Shown here one piece after another: positions 37,501 through 49,479 of a stretch of DNA of 64,000 nucleotides. How positions within the stretch are numbered: the first letter of the stretch is position 1; the number at the start of each line of letters is the position of its first letter. A model generated the notes under the pieces. The model was not told the origin of the DNA. It did no database searches and saw only the letters and a program-made list of their open reading frames with translations. A program made the translations under genes and the position numbers. The stretch is from Vicugna vicugna (lineage: Eukaryota): positions 7,343,302 through 7,407,301 of the forward strand of contig MU063123.1 in NCBI GenBank assembly GCA_013265495.1, in the 5' to 3' direction.

Positions 37501-38349
37501 GCAGGCTTTTCTGCTGACAGGATAGATGTCTTTTACAGCTGGTCGCTGTTCTCTGAATTCCCGGCTGAAGGAAGAAAAGGACCATGATGTCGGATATCTG
37601 ACCTATAGATTGCTCATTCTCCACGTGAGTCAATCTTTGAAGTCCAAAGATAAAAATCATCATTCATCACAAAACTTCCCTATAGTCATAAGGACAGATA
37701 TTCCAGCCCCCTTCCGAAATGACCCCGCTGACTGGTAGTGGGAGAGAACGACCCCGCCGTGGTTCCTCTTGTGACCCACAGCTCTTCCCCTCTGATGGAT
37801 GCTATGAACGGACAGACAGGAAGCCAAAACTTAAAAGTCAGCTCACCCACTGCTGAGTCAATCCAGCCCACAGCATTCAAAGACGGAAGGGCCACCTGAC
37901 TCCGAGGAGGGAAATGTGGGGCTGTTTCCTCCTGGGGAGCAATTTCATTAGAAGTACTGACTTCAATGAAACAGAGTCTGTCTATTGCTTTATTGAGCAA
38001 TGAAAGTTCCCCTCATATTGATCAAAGGTTGAGGATTTGGTACATGTGGGAATGCTTTAATGTCTCACCTGTGGCTGAGACAGATGTGCATTTCCAAATG
38101 CTAATTTCTTTTCCTGTGAAGCCAGGTGTGCAAGAAGAGCAAAGGGAAAGAGGGACTTCTTTTCCCCCTGTGAAAATATGGATTCAATTCAGTCCAATTT
38201 AATTTCAAAAAATTTTATTTACTTTGTGTCTCTTAAGCAAATCGAGTAATATCCTGCATGAATAAAGGAGGTAGCCACTGAAGTAAGACAAGAAGGAAGG
38301 AGGGAAGGAGGGAAGGAGGAAAGAAAGGTTGCTGAGTGACATTTTGTCA

Positions 38350-38450
38350 CTTTTCAGTCCTCACAGCAATCTTGGAAGATAGGTGGTACTTAATCATCTC
38401 ACAGATGAGGAAAATGAAACCCAGGGATGTTGCCACTTGCCTAGTGAGGT
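38350..38450 (-). mobile_element. MIR fragment
   Basis: cctcacagcaatcttggaagataggt...acagatgaggaaaatgaaacccaggga. Confidence 0.6.
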
Positions 38451-38544
38451 AAACACTATTTATTTATTTTTGTGTCCAGTGTCTGAATTCCTTCCCATAT
38501 ATGGGGAATCACTCTTATATATTATTTATGTATGTGTATATATA

Positions 38545-38975
38545 TATAATATATATAAAGGAATACTACTTAGCCATGAAAAAGAATGAAATAATGCCAT
38601 TTGTAGCAACACAAATGGACCTAGAGATACTAAGTGAAATAAGTCAAACAGAGAAAAATATTACATGATATCACTTATATGTGGAATCTAAAAAATAGTA
38701 CAAATGAACTTATTTACAAAATAGAAACAGACTCACAGACAGAAAACAAACTTATGGTTACCAAAGGGGAAGGGGGAGAGGGATAAATTGAGAGTATAGG
38801 ATTAACAGATGCACACTACTAGATATACAATAGATAAATAAGGTCCTACTATGTAGCACTGGGAAATATATTCAAAGGCATATAGTAAACTGAATGGAAA
38901 ATAATTTTTAAAAGAATATAGATTGTACATATATGCATATACAACTGAATCACTTTGTTATTGAAACAGAAAATA
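38545..38975 (+). mobile_element. L1 3' end (artiodactyl-type, older)
   Basis: ggaatactacttagccatgaaaaagaatgaaataatgccatttgtagcaacac...cagactcacagacagaaaacaaacttatggttacc. Confidence 0.88.
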
Positions 38976-39084
38976 CTAAATCCTCACTTTCCCCTCTCTC
39001 CCAGGCTCCCTTCACGTTATGGCCAAGGCTCTGATAACTAGAATATCAGTTCCAAGGAGGGAAGTGGGGAAGTGAGCCCTTCCC

Positions 39085-39140
39085 TATGGCAGTGACTCTT
39101 CTCTCTGTCTCTCTTTCTGTCTGTCTGTCTCTCTTTTTCT
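39085..39140. repeat. (CT)/(GTCT) simple repeat
   Basis: ctctctctgtctctctttctgtctgtctgtctctct. Confidence 0.8.
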
Positions 39141-39349
39141 CAGTGACTCCAGGAATAGAGCAGAGGACGCCAATGCTTGATGTCTACAGGACGTTTCTTC
39201 TGAAAATTTTTCTGAGGCTTGATTTTGGGTCTTTCCTAGAAGCTGGATAGTTTGCCCTGATTCTCTGGTCCTTAGAATACTTTTTGAGCTATCCAATACC
39301 TTTTTCAAAAAGCTCTATTAGAGACTGTTTAGCATCTGTCAAAGTAGAG

Positions 39350-40660
39350 AAGAGTATGATAAGCCCCCGTAGATCAATTACCTTCTTAAATAGTCATCAG
39401 CACATGGACCACTTTGCTACTTTGCCTCATCTCTACCCCTACCCACATCCACCCTCACCTGGGTTACTTCAAACCCATCTTAGACCTCATATTATTTCAT
39501 CCACAACATTTTCAATCTTTATCTCTAAAATACAATTACTTTTTTAATAATTACCACAATACCATCATCCTACCTAATAATAATTATTCCTTAATATTAT
39601 TAAACACCTGTGTTCACATTTCTCTGATTAGCTTGTAATTTTTAAATTTTAAAAAAATCTTCAAATCGTGATCAAAATAAGTTCTTTTGAATTTCTTTTA
39701 GTCTATAAATTCAATTTCTTGCTTACTCTTTCATTTTAAATTTGTATTTGAAGAAGCCGCGTTGTTTGCCTGTAATGTGTCCCACAGTTAAGATTTACTA
39801 ATTAGATCCTCATGGAGTCATGTGTAATGCCCTTTGTTCCATGTATTTTCTGTGAATTGTTATTAGTTAGATCTAGAAGCTCGATCAGATTCAGTTTCGG
39901 GTCATTTGGCAAGTCTACTTTATAGGTGGCACTCTAAAGACTTATAACTTCTTTTGTGATGTCAGCAGTGATAGATAATTGTCATCTAGATACACTTTTT
40001 GATCAGAAGTAGCAAGATGGTGATATTATAATTCTATCATTCATTTGAAATTTATTTGCTGGAATTCTTCTATAAAGAGAAAATTCTTCTCATCAATTGT
40101 CTAGTTGCCCTGAAGTATAAGATGTAGGAAATTCAGAACTTAATCCCTAATCCTTTTCATTTATCTATCACTTTTCTTTAGTCAAAAATGACCAATTGTT
40201 TCTTATTCTTTAGTCATTATGAACCAAGAGCTTTAAATATATGTGACTTTAAACCTATTGCAATTATTACTGATATTTAAATTGACCCATCTTTGACTTA
40301 TGGCAGCCACTTCGGGATGGCTCCTGAGTCCTTTTGACATACCCTTAGTAGATTTTGATGATGTCCTTTTTTGGTGTACCAGGTGATTGAGGCTCATTTT
40401 GTACATTTCCTTCCCAGAGCTGACATGAGCCATTTCTTCATGGTAGTTAGGGGACTCATTGATCCTGGGTTGACCTTTGTTGTTAGACACTTTCATTGGC
40501 CATAGGTAGTAAACTTCTTTATGATAAAATTATCATGAAGTCATATTAATACTTCCAATTCAAATTCAAGACTACAGAGTCTCCACTTGATCTAATTTAC
40601 TTTACATCTGTTTCTCCTTCTCCTGTCCTGAAAATACTGGATTCCCAGTGAATGAATCTT
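39350..40660 (-). mobile_element. L1MC4-like 3' region
   Basis: ttaataattaccacaataccatcatc, gttagatctagaagctcgatcagattcag, tttcttcatggtagttagggactc resemble the reverse L1MC 3' end. Confidence 0.6.
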
Positions 40661-40899
40661 AGAATAATAATAGCAACACTACTACCAATGATATAATTAC
40701 TGAAAAGAATTTTCGTGTGTGTGTTTGCAACTCTTTGTGTCATTAAGGAAAATCCCACTAAAGATATATAGTCAATTTTGTGGTTTAAAGGCAATTAAAA
40801 CAGCTTCTGTCTACACGGCTATGCCACAAATGAAAACCTAGTTGGGTTGTCTTGTTTCAGTTTGCTTTTGTTCTTTAGGGATCTCTTCTTAAGACTGAG

Positions 40900-42730
40900 T
40901 TTTGTTGTATAATCATGAAAAATATTAATGATTCCAAAGTCAAACCTACAAAAAAAGAAGAGTCAGAGAACTCTAGCTTCTATCCTTGTTCCTTTTATCA
41001 TAGGTTAGTCATTTTTACTTGTTTTCGGTTCATCATCAGTTTTTTAAAACTCTAAGCAATTATGTGTGTGTGTTGGGGGGTGTATTTGTACCCTCCCTCT
41101 TTTTCTTAGGTAAAGGTTATCTTCCCATACGTACTTGCTCCACTTTGTCAGCTAACAAACTGTCCTGGAGATCACTTCATAGTGATGGACCTAAAGATAG
41201 TCCTCATTCCTTTTTAGAGTTCATGATACTCCACTGAGTGAATGAATAGCTTATTCAGCCAGACCCCTAGTGATGGATGTTAATTTGTTTTGAGCCTTTT
41301 TTTATAAATAGAGCCACAATAGCTAGTCATGTGTGAATTAAAAAAAAATTTTTTTTCAGTATAGATCTAGAACAGATTTCCAAAAGTGGGATTTCTAGGT
41401 CAAAGGGTAAACACATAGATAATTTTACTACAGTTTGTCAAGTTTATCTCTGTTGACGTCATACCTCATTTTATTCCTACCGGAAATGTTGTATACTATC
41501 TAATTTTTGGATTTTTGACAATCTGATAGATAAGAAGTCGTATCTTGGAGTGGTTTTATTTCCATTCCTATTATTATGAGCACCTATTCATATGTTAAGA
41601 ACCACACATCCATTTCCTTTCCTGTAAACTGTCTGTTCATTCCTCTTGACCTTTTCTTCTATTGGGTTTTTGTTCTTTTTTGTCTCTATTTCCAGATATT
41701 GTTTATCTATGGAGGTTAATTGTTCTTACTCTGTTGTACAAGTTGCAAGAAGTGGTTTCAAGTTTGTCATTTTACTTTGGCTATGATGTTTCTTTTGATG
41801 CTATGAAAAAAATGTTTTCTTTTTAAATTTTATGTGTTCAATGATATTTCACTCTTGTCTCTTGTTGCATCTAGATATTAAGTAATAGTAAAATTTATCC
41901 TCTTCTAGGTTATAGAAGTTCACCTGGGTCATCTTTCGGTCCTTGTATATTCTATATATTTTCATTTTTATCTTTGATATACTTCACATTTAGCCTGATA
42001 TGGTGTGAAGAAGAGATACAATTTAATGTTTTTTTCTAAATGGCTATTCATTTATCCTAAAATATTTTATTGAAAGGCCAATATTTTCTCAACTGATTTG
42101 TGGTACTACCCAAATTGTATACTAAATTTCCATTTGCACTTGGATCTTTTTCTGGAATTTCTATTTATATTACTAGCCTGTTATCTTTTCATTTACCCAT
42201 ACTACACCATTTTAATCAGAGTGGCTTTATAATATATTTGAATATGTAGTATTGTCCTCTCCTTCCATTGCTCTTGTTTGCAGTTATTTCTGGATATTTG
42301 CACTTGGTTTTTTCTATCAAATGATTTTAGAATCAACTACTGTGATGATATTTATATTGATATTATGTTAATTTACCATTTAACTTCAGGAACATTATTA
42401 TCTTTATAATGTTGAGCCTTCCTTCCAATAATATGTCTTTATGTTTGTTCAAGACTACTTTTGTGTCTTTTGTGAGTGTTATAGAATTTTCATTAAAAAA
42501 GGCTGACATTCCTTTCTTAATTTTCTCTCTCTCTCATTATTATGAGTTGTCTTTTTGACTATACAGGGTAAATTGTCTTTTTGAATGTATGTGGAGATTA
42601 TTGTTTTCGTATTGATTTTGTAGCCTATTTTTAAGAATTAAATTCTCTTATTTGTTGTGGCTTTCCCCTTAGTGATTTTGGCTTTTCCAAAATCATGTCA
42701 TCTGCTAAGAGAGATAATTTTACCTCTTTC
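40900..42730 (-). mobile_element. Old L1ME-like 3' end and ORF2
   Basis: ttcatagtgatggacc, gggatttctaggtcaaagggtaaacac, tggctattcatttatcc...attttattgaaagg, gtcatctgctaagagagataattttacc. Confidence 0.7.
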
Positions 42731-42751
42731 TCTTCTATTCCAGATTCTTTT

Positions 42752-42833
42752 TGATTTGATTTGATGTTTTAATTTTGAGGGGGGAGGCAATTAGGTTTAT
42801 TTATTTATTTATTTTAATGGAGGTGCTGGGGAT
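42752..42833 (-). mobile_element. 5'-truncated vic-1 SINE with 13-bp TSD
   Basis: ttttgaggggggaggcaattaggtttatttatttat...ggaggtgctgggga; TSD tccagattctttt at 42739-42751 and 42833-42845. Confidence 0.88.
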
Positions 42834-43039
42834 CCAGATTCTTTTGAATAAACTCCTGTCCTGCTCAATCCAGAATTAGATTTCCTTGCTTGCAACTGAG
42901 AACACTTTATAATAATCAAAGATCAAAAGTCTAGAAAGTGATAAAAACAGATTCCAAAACAAGTCTACTTTCTGTAACCCAAACCTCCTCTTACCTTTCC
43001 CTTGATGACATCTATAAAGAAAACCATATGTGACAGAAA

Positions 43040-43480
43040 GTTAACTTAAGTGAAAGGGAGATATTTTTGGCTCAATCAATCAAAAATCCATGGGTAGATC
43101 TGGCTCAAAGCAGGACCTTGGAGTTCAAATAATGATATTAGGGCTATTTTTCTGCCTCTTGGCTCTTGATTATCTTTACATGTTGGTTTCTTTTTTTTTT
43201 TTTCCTATTTCAAATGGCTTTCACCACTGTGGTTGGCAATACAGCCATAACAGCTTCACTTTACATTTCCTCTTAGTTTTTATCCTGAGTAAAAGATAAT
43301 CAAGAGTAGCTCCTGCAGGAAAATTTCAGGTCTCTGGTTAACGCAGCTTGGGTCCCATGTTCTTCCTCGAATCTAATCAGTATGGCCTTAAAGAAATTAC
43401 TCTAGTACCTATGGTTCTCATGCATGAGCCAGAGGGTCATAAGGTACAACAAGAATGCTTCTCCCAATAACAAAGATGCT
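43040..43480 (-). mobile_element. Old MaLR LTR fragment (MLT1K/L/M-like)
   Basis: Degenerate similarity (aaaaatccatgggtagatctggctcaaagcagg, cagcttgggtcccatg). Confidence 0.45.
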
Positions 43481-43821
43481 GTGCAAACAATATATGTCTA
43501 AATACCAGACCCCGTATTTTTTTCTATCACATTCATTCCATTAAGCATTTACTAAGTAGCTCCTGTGTAGTAGTGTCCAAACCTACTGGAGTAACATAAG
43601 CATTGTTGTATATCTAATGTGATATTTTAAAAAACATGAATTGAGTGTTGCATGTTTCTTTGACAAGTGCTGTTCATTAAGAGAATATAAGTAAGTGCTA
43701 CAGAACTCAATTTGTTATAGAAGGGTAGGAATAGAAAGCATTCCTTGGGCTGGTTGAGGTTGCAAAACATCTTATGGAAGAAATAGAACCTGAAATTGAG
43801 TATTCATTCAACCATTAGATA

Positions 43822-44164
43822 TGAGGTTGTTAGTTTTTATGGACTGGATAATTTTACATGCTAACAAGTGGGAAGATTATTCCAACTATTTCGGGGAAGG
43901 GGTGAGAATTTCCAGAATTTCCAGGAATTAGGCCCCTGCTTACTTTTTGGCCTTTTGTGATCAGCCTGGGAACTGCCATGGCACCTGTGGGTGTGTCATT
44001 TAGCATGCTAATGTATCACAATGAGATTATAATAAGGCTCAACGTCTACTGGAAGTAAATATTCTGCCATCTTGGGCTTAGTTGGTTCTAACCAGTTTAT
44101 GTCGTATCGAATGGCTGTGTCATTCTTTTAATGGTTGTGCCCTACCCCCTTCCCTCCTGTCTCA
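43822..44164 (-). mobile_element. ERV1 LTR, MER41-like (probably 3'-truncated)
   Basis: Minus strand: tgagacagg...cccaagatggc...cattagcatgctaaatgacacacccac...gccatggcagttcc...ccccttccccgaaa...gaataatcttcccacttgttagcat, collinear with my recollection of MER41 U3; no TSD found. Confidence 0.72.
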
Positions 44165-44489
44165 GTGGTAGTAAAAGGGGAGCAGATGAGGGCTGGGGTA
44201 GTTCTCTGGTACCGATTGCATGGACAGCAATACTTGGGCAGAGTTATGTGGTAATAAACATTACAATGCTTTCAATGAATGAGGAAATTATCATTGATCT
44301 TTTATTATTATTATCAAGAAGGTAACGTTGTAAACTAAACCTATCAAAGAGATGTAAGTTAAACAAAGGCTAATAATTTTTCAGTAAATAATGTAATGCT
44401 GAATTTTATCTAAGAGCTACCATTAATTTTATCTTAGAGAAGAAATTTTCTTTGTTTAGGAAAATATCTTGAGATGCCATTGAAGTAGA

Positions 44490-44660
44490 AAGGTCCAATA
44501 TGCTGAGGAAGGAAGCAAGATGGAAAGTTCCTGAGTCCTTGATGACATTATTGAGTCACTGGACTACTCTTAGAATCATCTTGTATTTCAGTTTTTAAAT
44601 TCCCTTGCTATTCAAGGTATGTTTAGTTGGAATTTTTATATTTTGCATCAAAAATGATAA
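44490..44660 (+). mobile_element. MaLR LTR 3' fragment
   Basis: gaaagttcctgagtccttgatgacattattgag motif. Confidence 0.45.
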
Positions 44661-44899
44661 CATCACAGCCCCACAAACCATCCCCAGGCAGTCCCGGGGA
44701 GGCTCATAGCAATGTTTATCATTCACAGAGAAGGGATAAGGTCCCTTCTGCATCCCCTCTCATAGCTTCATCAACAGCAGAACAAACCCTTATCCCTTCT
44801 TCCACCATCATTGTCTCTTAACAACCCAATGACACTGGCTCTCTCTTTCAGAACAGCAGTGGTAAAGGTATCTGTTCCTCTGTTCTTCCTTCTTAAAGG

Positions 44900-45110
44900 A
44901 GCCTATTCTTTTTCTGTAGGCACTTCCCAGGATTTATAATTTTATTTTTTTTTATTTTATTGTTTGTTTCACCCCACTTGACTATAATCACCATGACAGC
45001 AATGACTATGAATCTTGTGTTCACCCAGGAATATCTAGTGTCTACTATGTAGAGTCTGGGCCATAATAGGTGCTCGTTAAATATCTTCTGTAGCAAAGAA
45101 TGAAAAGAAG
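44900..45110 (+). mobile_element. LINE-2 3' end
   Basis: cacttgactataatcaccatgacagc...ccataataggtgctcgttaaatat. Confidence 0.6.
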
Positions 45111-47309
45111 AAGGAGAAAATGCTTTCTTCCAACATAAGGGGTTATGAAATCTAGACAAGCTGGACCATTATTTTAGGTCCAGCTGGTCTGCTTTATTAT
45201 CCTTTCCTGTACAGCATCACATTCAGTTACAACAGGGTGGGATGTCCTAAGAGCACTGTTGATCATTTCATGATTGTAGAAAGGGCTCACTAATCTTCCC
45301 CTAACTTACAGGCAAGTCCAGCTGTCTTCCAATCTCCATTTAGACCACAGCTCTTCCCATCAGTCAACACATTGATCCAGCCCAGAAACATCTGGGCAAG
45401 CCAAGTTAATCCTTGGCTAAACTGAGATAGTGCTGATAAGTCAGCCTTAAGAGTTGAATAACACAGCATTGCTGAGGAGAGGGCATTTTTCAGTCAGGGT
45501 GAGGGGCATAACGCTCAGCTAGGAGGCCTCCGTTATGAGACGACGATGATTTTACAGAAAAGTGTTGCCTTGAGGAGTCCAACTGCTGTTCTCGCACCAA
45601 AGAAATTCCGAGGAACACTCTTTGCCTCCTTCCTCATCCACACAAGGAGAAGTCAAACTCTCAGAGTCCTTAGGCTGCTCCAAGCCTCGGGCTTGTCCTC
45701 GAGCTTATCCAAGCTCAAGGGTTCTGAAGGCCTTTTATGGGATTCAGCAAAATAAACAGCATCTTAAATGTGTGTTCTTAGAGGTCAAGTCTCTGACCCA
45801 AATCCGAAATCACCTGCTGATCTCAAGAGCCCCGGTATGAATAATCGATTTAAAGTGGACCTAGTGGATGGAACCAATGTTTCCTCAGTGTGTTTGTTCC
45901 ACAGTTGATAGGCACCAAATCAGAGTTCAGTTGCAGGTAACAGAAACCACTGAACTAATTTCATCAGAAAGCTGTCTAAATCATGGAATCAGATGCTTAC
46001 AAAATAGAAGGCTCTGGAAGCCAGGGATAGATCTAGGTCAATACCCATGTAGCTAAAGCCTGGAAACCGAGACTTCAGCTGCCCTGGAAAAGCCAGGGGC
46101 ATTTACCACGACGCTGGTGGCAAGAGCATGGCTGTTCATCTCATGCCCCTGCGGTTTTCACATCTCCCTTGGGTGAATCGTCTTGGTGGATGTGGACTCA
46201 AGAGTGGACCTTGGCTCTAAGGGGATCTGCAGAAACAACTCGCGCTTTCTGGCTTTCCCCACAGAGCGTGGTTTTCTTCGAGAAGGGTGTAGTAAGGTTA
46301 AGTGAGTCAAACGTGTCATATCCGGTGCGCATCCTACCCTGCTGCGGAAACGGAATGAGCAAGAACCGGGCCCTGTCTTTGGGGAGCTCACCGTCTAGCA
46401 GGCAGACCAACCGCTGAACACAGACGTGCACTTCAGTGTTGCCGGGGCAGGACTAGAGACACGTATCAATACGGCCACTGATGAGCCACATTTTGCATCT
46501 GAGTTTTGGTTATAAATTTGGAAATGGAAGTTAAAATGCTTCACTTTAAAGAGGAAAATATTCTATTAATGTAGGCCCTAAAGCAGCCCAGAAGTTTAGG
46601 AAAAGACTACAAGTGATGGCTCCCTGAATTCCTGCTTTTCCAAGGAGAACTTCCGATTCCTTGTGTGGTCCCTCTCCTTCCCCTTCAGGAAGCCGCCCCG
46701 GGACACTGTCTCCACTTACTCAGACAAAGGAGCAGAATGGGTTACTTGGCTGCAGTTAGTCATCGGTCCCCTGGCAGAGTGACTGTGGCACATGGAAAGC
46801 CTGAGGCTGAATTTACTGTTAGTCCGTTGAGTCACAGAGCACCCCTCCAACTCCCCCGCCCCCAGTCTGAACCCAGAGCCCCGTTCAAAGATGTTTCCCC
46901 TTCTCTTTGACTTACCTTCTGAATTCATTTAGGAAGAATGTACCAAGATCCTTTGAATCCTACAGGAATGTTGAACTCAGTGAAAAGTGATGTGGTTAAG
47001 AAAGCAAATAATATGCTGAAAGAAGTTCATTGGAAGTGGCCAGGCACATCAAAGAGATTGATGAATCTGCATTTCAAAAAGCTGGCAGGGGGTAACATTT
47101 CGGCTTACCTCATATCCACCCCTCATATCCACCCTGCTTCTAGGGCTCTTCGCTGCCAGTGATGTTTCTGCCTTCTCATCGGACAGAATGCTAATACAGC
47201 TAGCCGCAGGAGAGAGATTGTCTGGAAATGGCATTGTCTTCTTAAATCAAAGCAGCTCAACAAAGTCTGTCTCTTTTATTAACAATAGCACACAAGTGCT
47301 AACACTGGG

Positions 47310-47490
47310 TCAGCGGCCGCTGTATTTCAGGCACTGTGCTTAAGCACTTTACATGTGTTAGTTCCCTTAATCCTGATTGAATTGGGGAGACAGATAATAC
47401 TATCAGGTCTACTTTACCTTTTAGAAAATTGAGGGGTCGAGAGGGTTTAAAAACTGCCCCAGTTATAAGCGTTGGAGCGAGAATTTGAAG
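47310..47490 (-). mobile_element. MIR SINE
   Basis: caggcactgtgcttaagcactttacatg...agaaaattgaggggtcgagaggg. Confidence 0.65.
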
Positions 47491-48524
47491 ATTATTGATC
47501 CTATTGGGTACCAGGTGATGTTGCCTTTTTAATTAAAAATCAAACTACGTTGAGGGAGGCAAGATATACAATACCCTTTAGTGACATTAGTTTTCTAAGA
47601 CAAGCAAGAGAGGAGAAATGCTTTAATAATCTGCTAAAGTTTAGCCTCCATTGACAGCTACAGGTTGGCAAGGAATTGCTAAAAAGTGAGTACCCGAGAA
47701 GAAAGGGGAATAAGCAAAACAGGCGAGGTATTGAGCGACGACATGTCAGCGGTAGAGGCGCAGCTGTCATCATCACTGAATCTCCAGGTTTGAAGGAGCC
47801 GTGCAGAAGGTGTGGTCACTTCAGACAAGGGGGCCCTCAGACCCTGCTCCAGCATCAGCAGGGCACGGGCGACCTCCAAAGACAGACAGCTCCATTTTCA
47901 CATAACTCTTTGATTGAAAAAATATTTGAGGTTTATCCAAAATCCACATCCCCGTAGCATCTGGAGCATTTATCCAGTCATTGTCCTTAGTTCTACCCTC
48001 TGGGAGCATGTGGAACAAATCCAGCCTCCTTTTCCGCAAGAAAGTACCTCCCTCCCCCAGTTCCGTCGACCATCCTTCATACGACATGATGTGCATTGAA
48101 CCATTCACCGTTCTCGTCTCTCCTTTCTGCATACTTCTATTCCAGTTCTACTCTGGAGAAGAAATGTTGTTAGTCAAAATTGAATTAGACATGTTTAGGG
48201 TCTTTAAGTCTCCCTTAAAGAAGATTGAGTAAAATTAACTATTGTCAAAAGTCCCCTTAAAAACTAATACCAAGGCATGGACTCTTAAAAAGGTTTAGAG
48301 TGGAATTATATCTTCCACTAGTTGGACACTACACACCCTTTAATGAGGCCTCAGTGTACACCAGTATTTTGAGTCATATTGAGTCAACTCAGCCTTTAAA
48401 TCTTTTTCACACCAATAGTTACTAAGCCACAACTAAAGGACAATCACTAGAAAAGCATGGAAGAGGAAGGAATGTGGATTTTCTAGGCTTTCTCACCCAT
48501 TTAGCAATTCATGTAACAATTACC

Positions 48525-48690
48525 TATTCATTCATTAATTTACTAACTTGTTCATCCCACAAGCACTTACTGAATACTTAAATCTGCCCAATTATGCATA
48601 ACATTTTTGGGTGGGCTGAACGTGGAACAATTATGAGACATGACTCCCTGCCTTCAAGAAATCCAGAATCCAGCCAGGGAAGGGGGAAAA
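48525..48690 (-). mobile_element. LINE-2 3' fragment
   Basis: attcattcatt tail, caagcacttactgaatac, gactccctgccttcaagaaatcc. Confidence 0.5.
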
Positions 48691-49461
48691 AAAAATCTAC
48701 AAAACAAGCTTAAGTTCTCATAGGATCCTATAGCCTAAAAGCGTGGAATTGGGTCAGAAACCCTGAGTCGTCGACAGAACATTGACTGAAGATGGTCACA
48801 TCACCCCCCCAACCTCAGTTTTCTCATTCAAATAATGAGACACTTGGCTTTTTCAGGCTCTTTCTAGTTCTAAGTACAAGCTTCTCGAGGGCAGGGATGA
48901 TACTTTACGTGTAAGTGAATTTTCTGTTAAACTGTACAGTGTTAACCTATAATGTCACTCAACAGATATTTATTGGATGGCTCAAGAGTTCAGGTTAAGT
49001 GAGCATAGGGGTCTCCCTTGGCTTCAGGTTGGGGTACAAAAAGCACCCCAAGCCAATCCGCAAACAGGCATGAGAGTTCTTACTCCAAGTGTCACTGGGT
49101 GTAACGGTCCAAAGATTTGCACGCGCGGTCTTGATGCTCAGGTGCAGAGATGACATACACACTCACACACGCGATGCTTAGAGGGTGCGATCTAAAGTGC
49201 AAACCAGGCGTACATACACTGCCCTCCTTTTTTTTTTCCTCAAGGTTCCTGTCTTACCTCTCTTTAGGTCTTTCCACCTCTAGAAAGCCCAATTTGTTCC
49301 TTTTTCTTACCAAAGTATTTGGCAGTTCCTAATAAAAAGTTGATGGACGATCTGTAGTGTTCCACCTCAGCAACCCAGGAAATATTGAGTTACCTTCCCT
49401 CAAAATGCTAACGACAGCAGCTTCTCCCTGATAAGACCAGATTTCTTGCTATAGAAGCGCG

Positions 49462-49479
49462 CACACACACACACACACA
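49462..49479. repeat. (CA)9 microsatellite preceded by GCGCG
   Basis: Directly visible. Confidence 0.95.
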
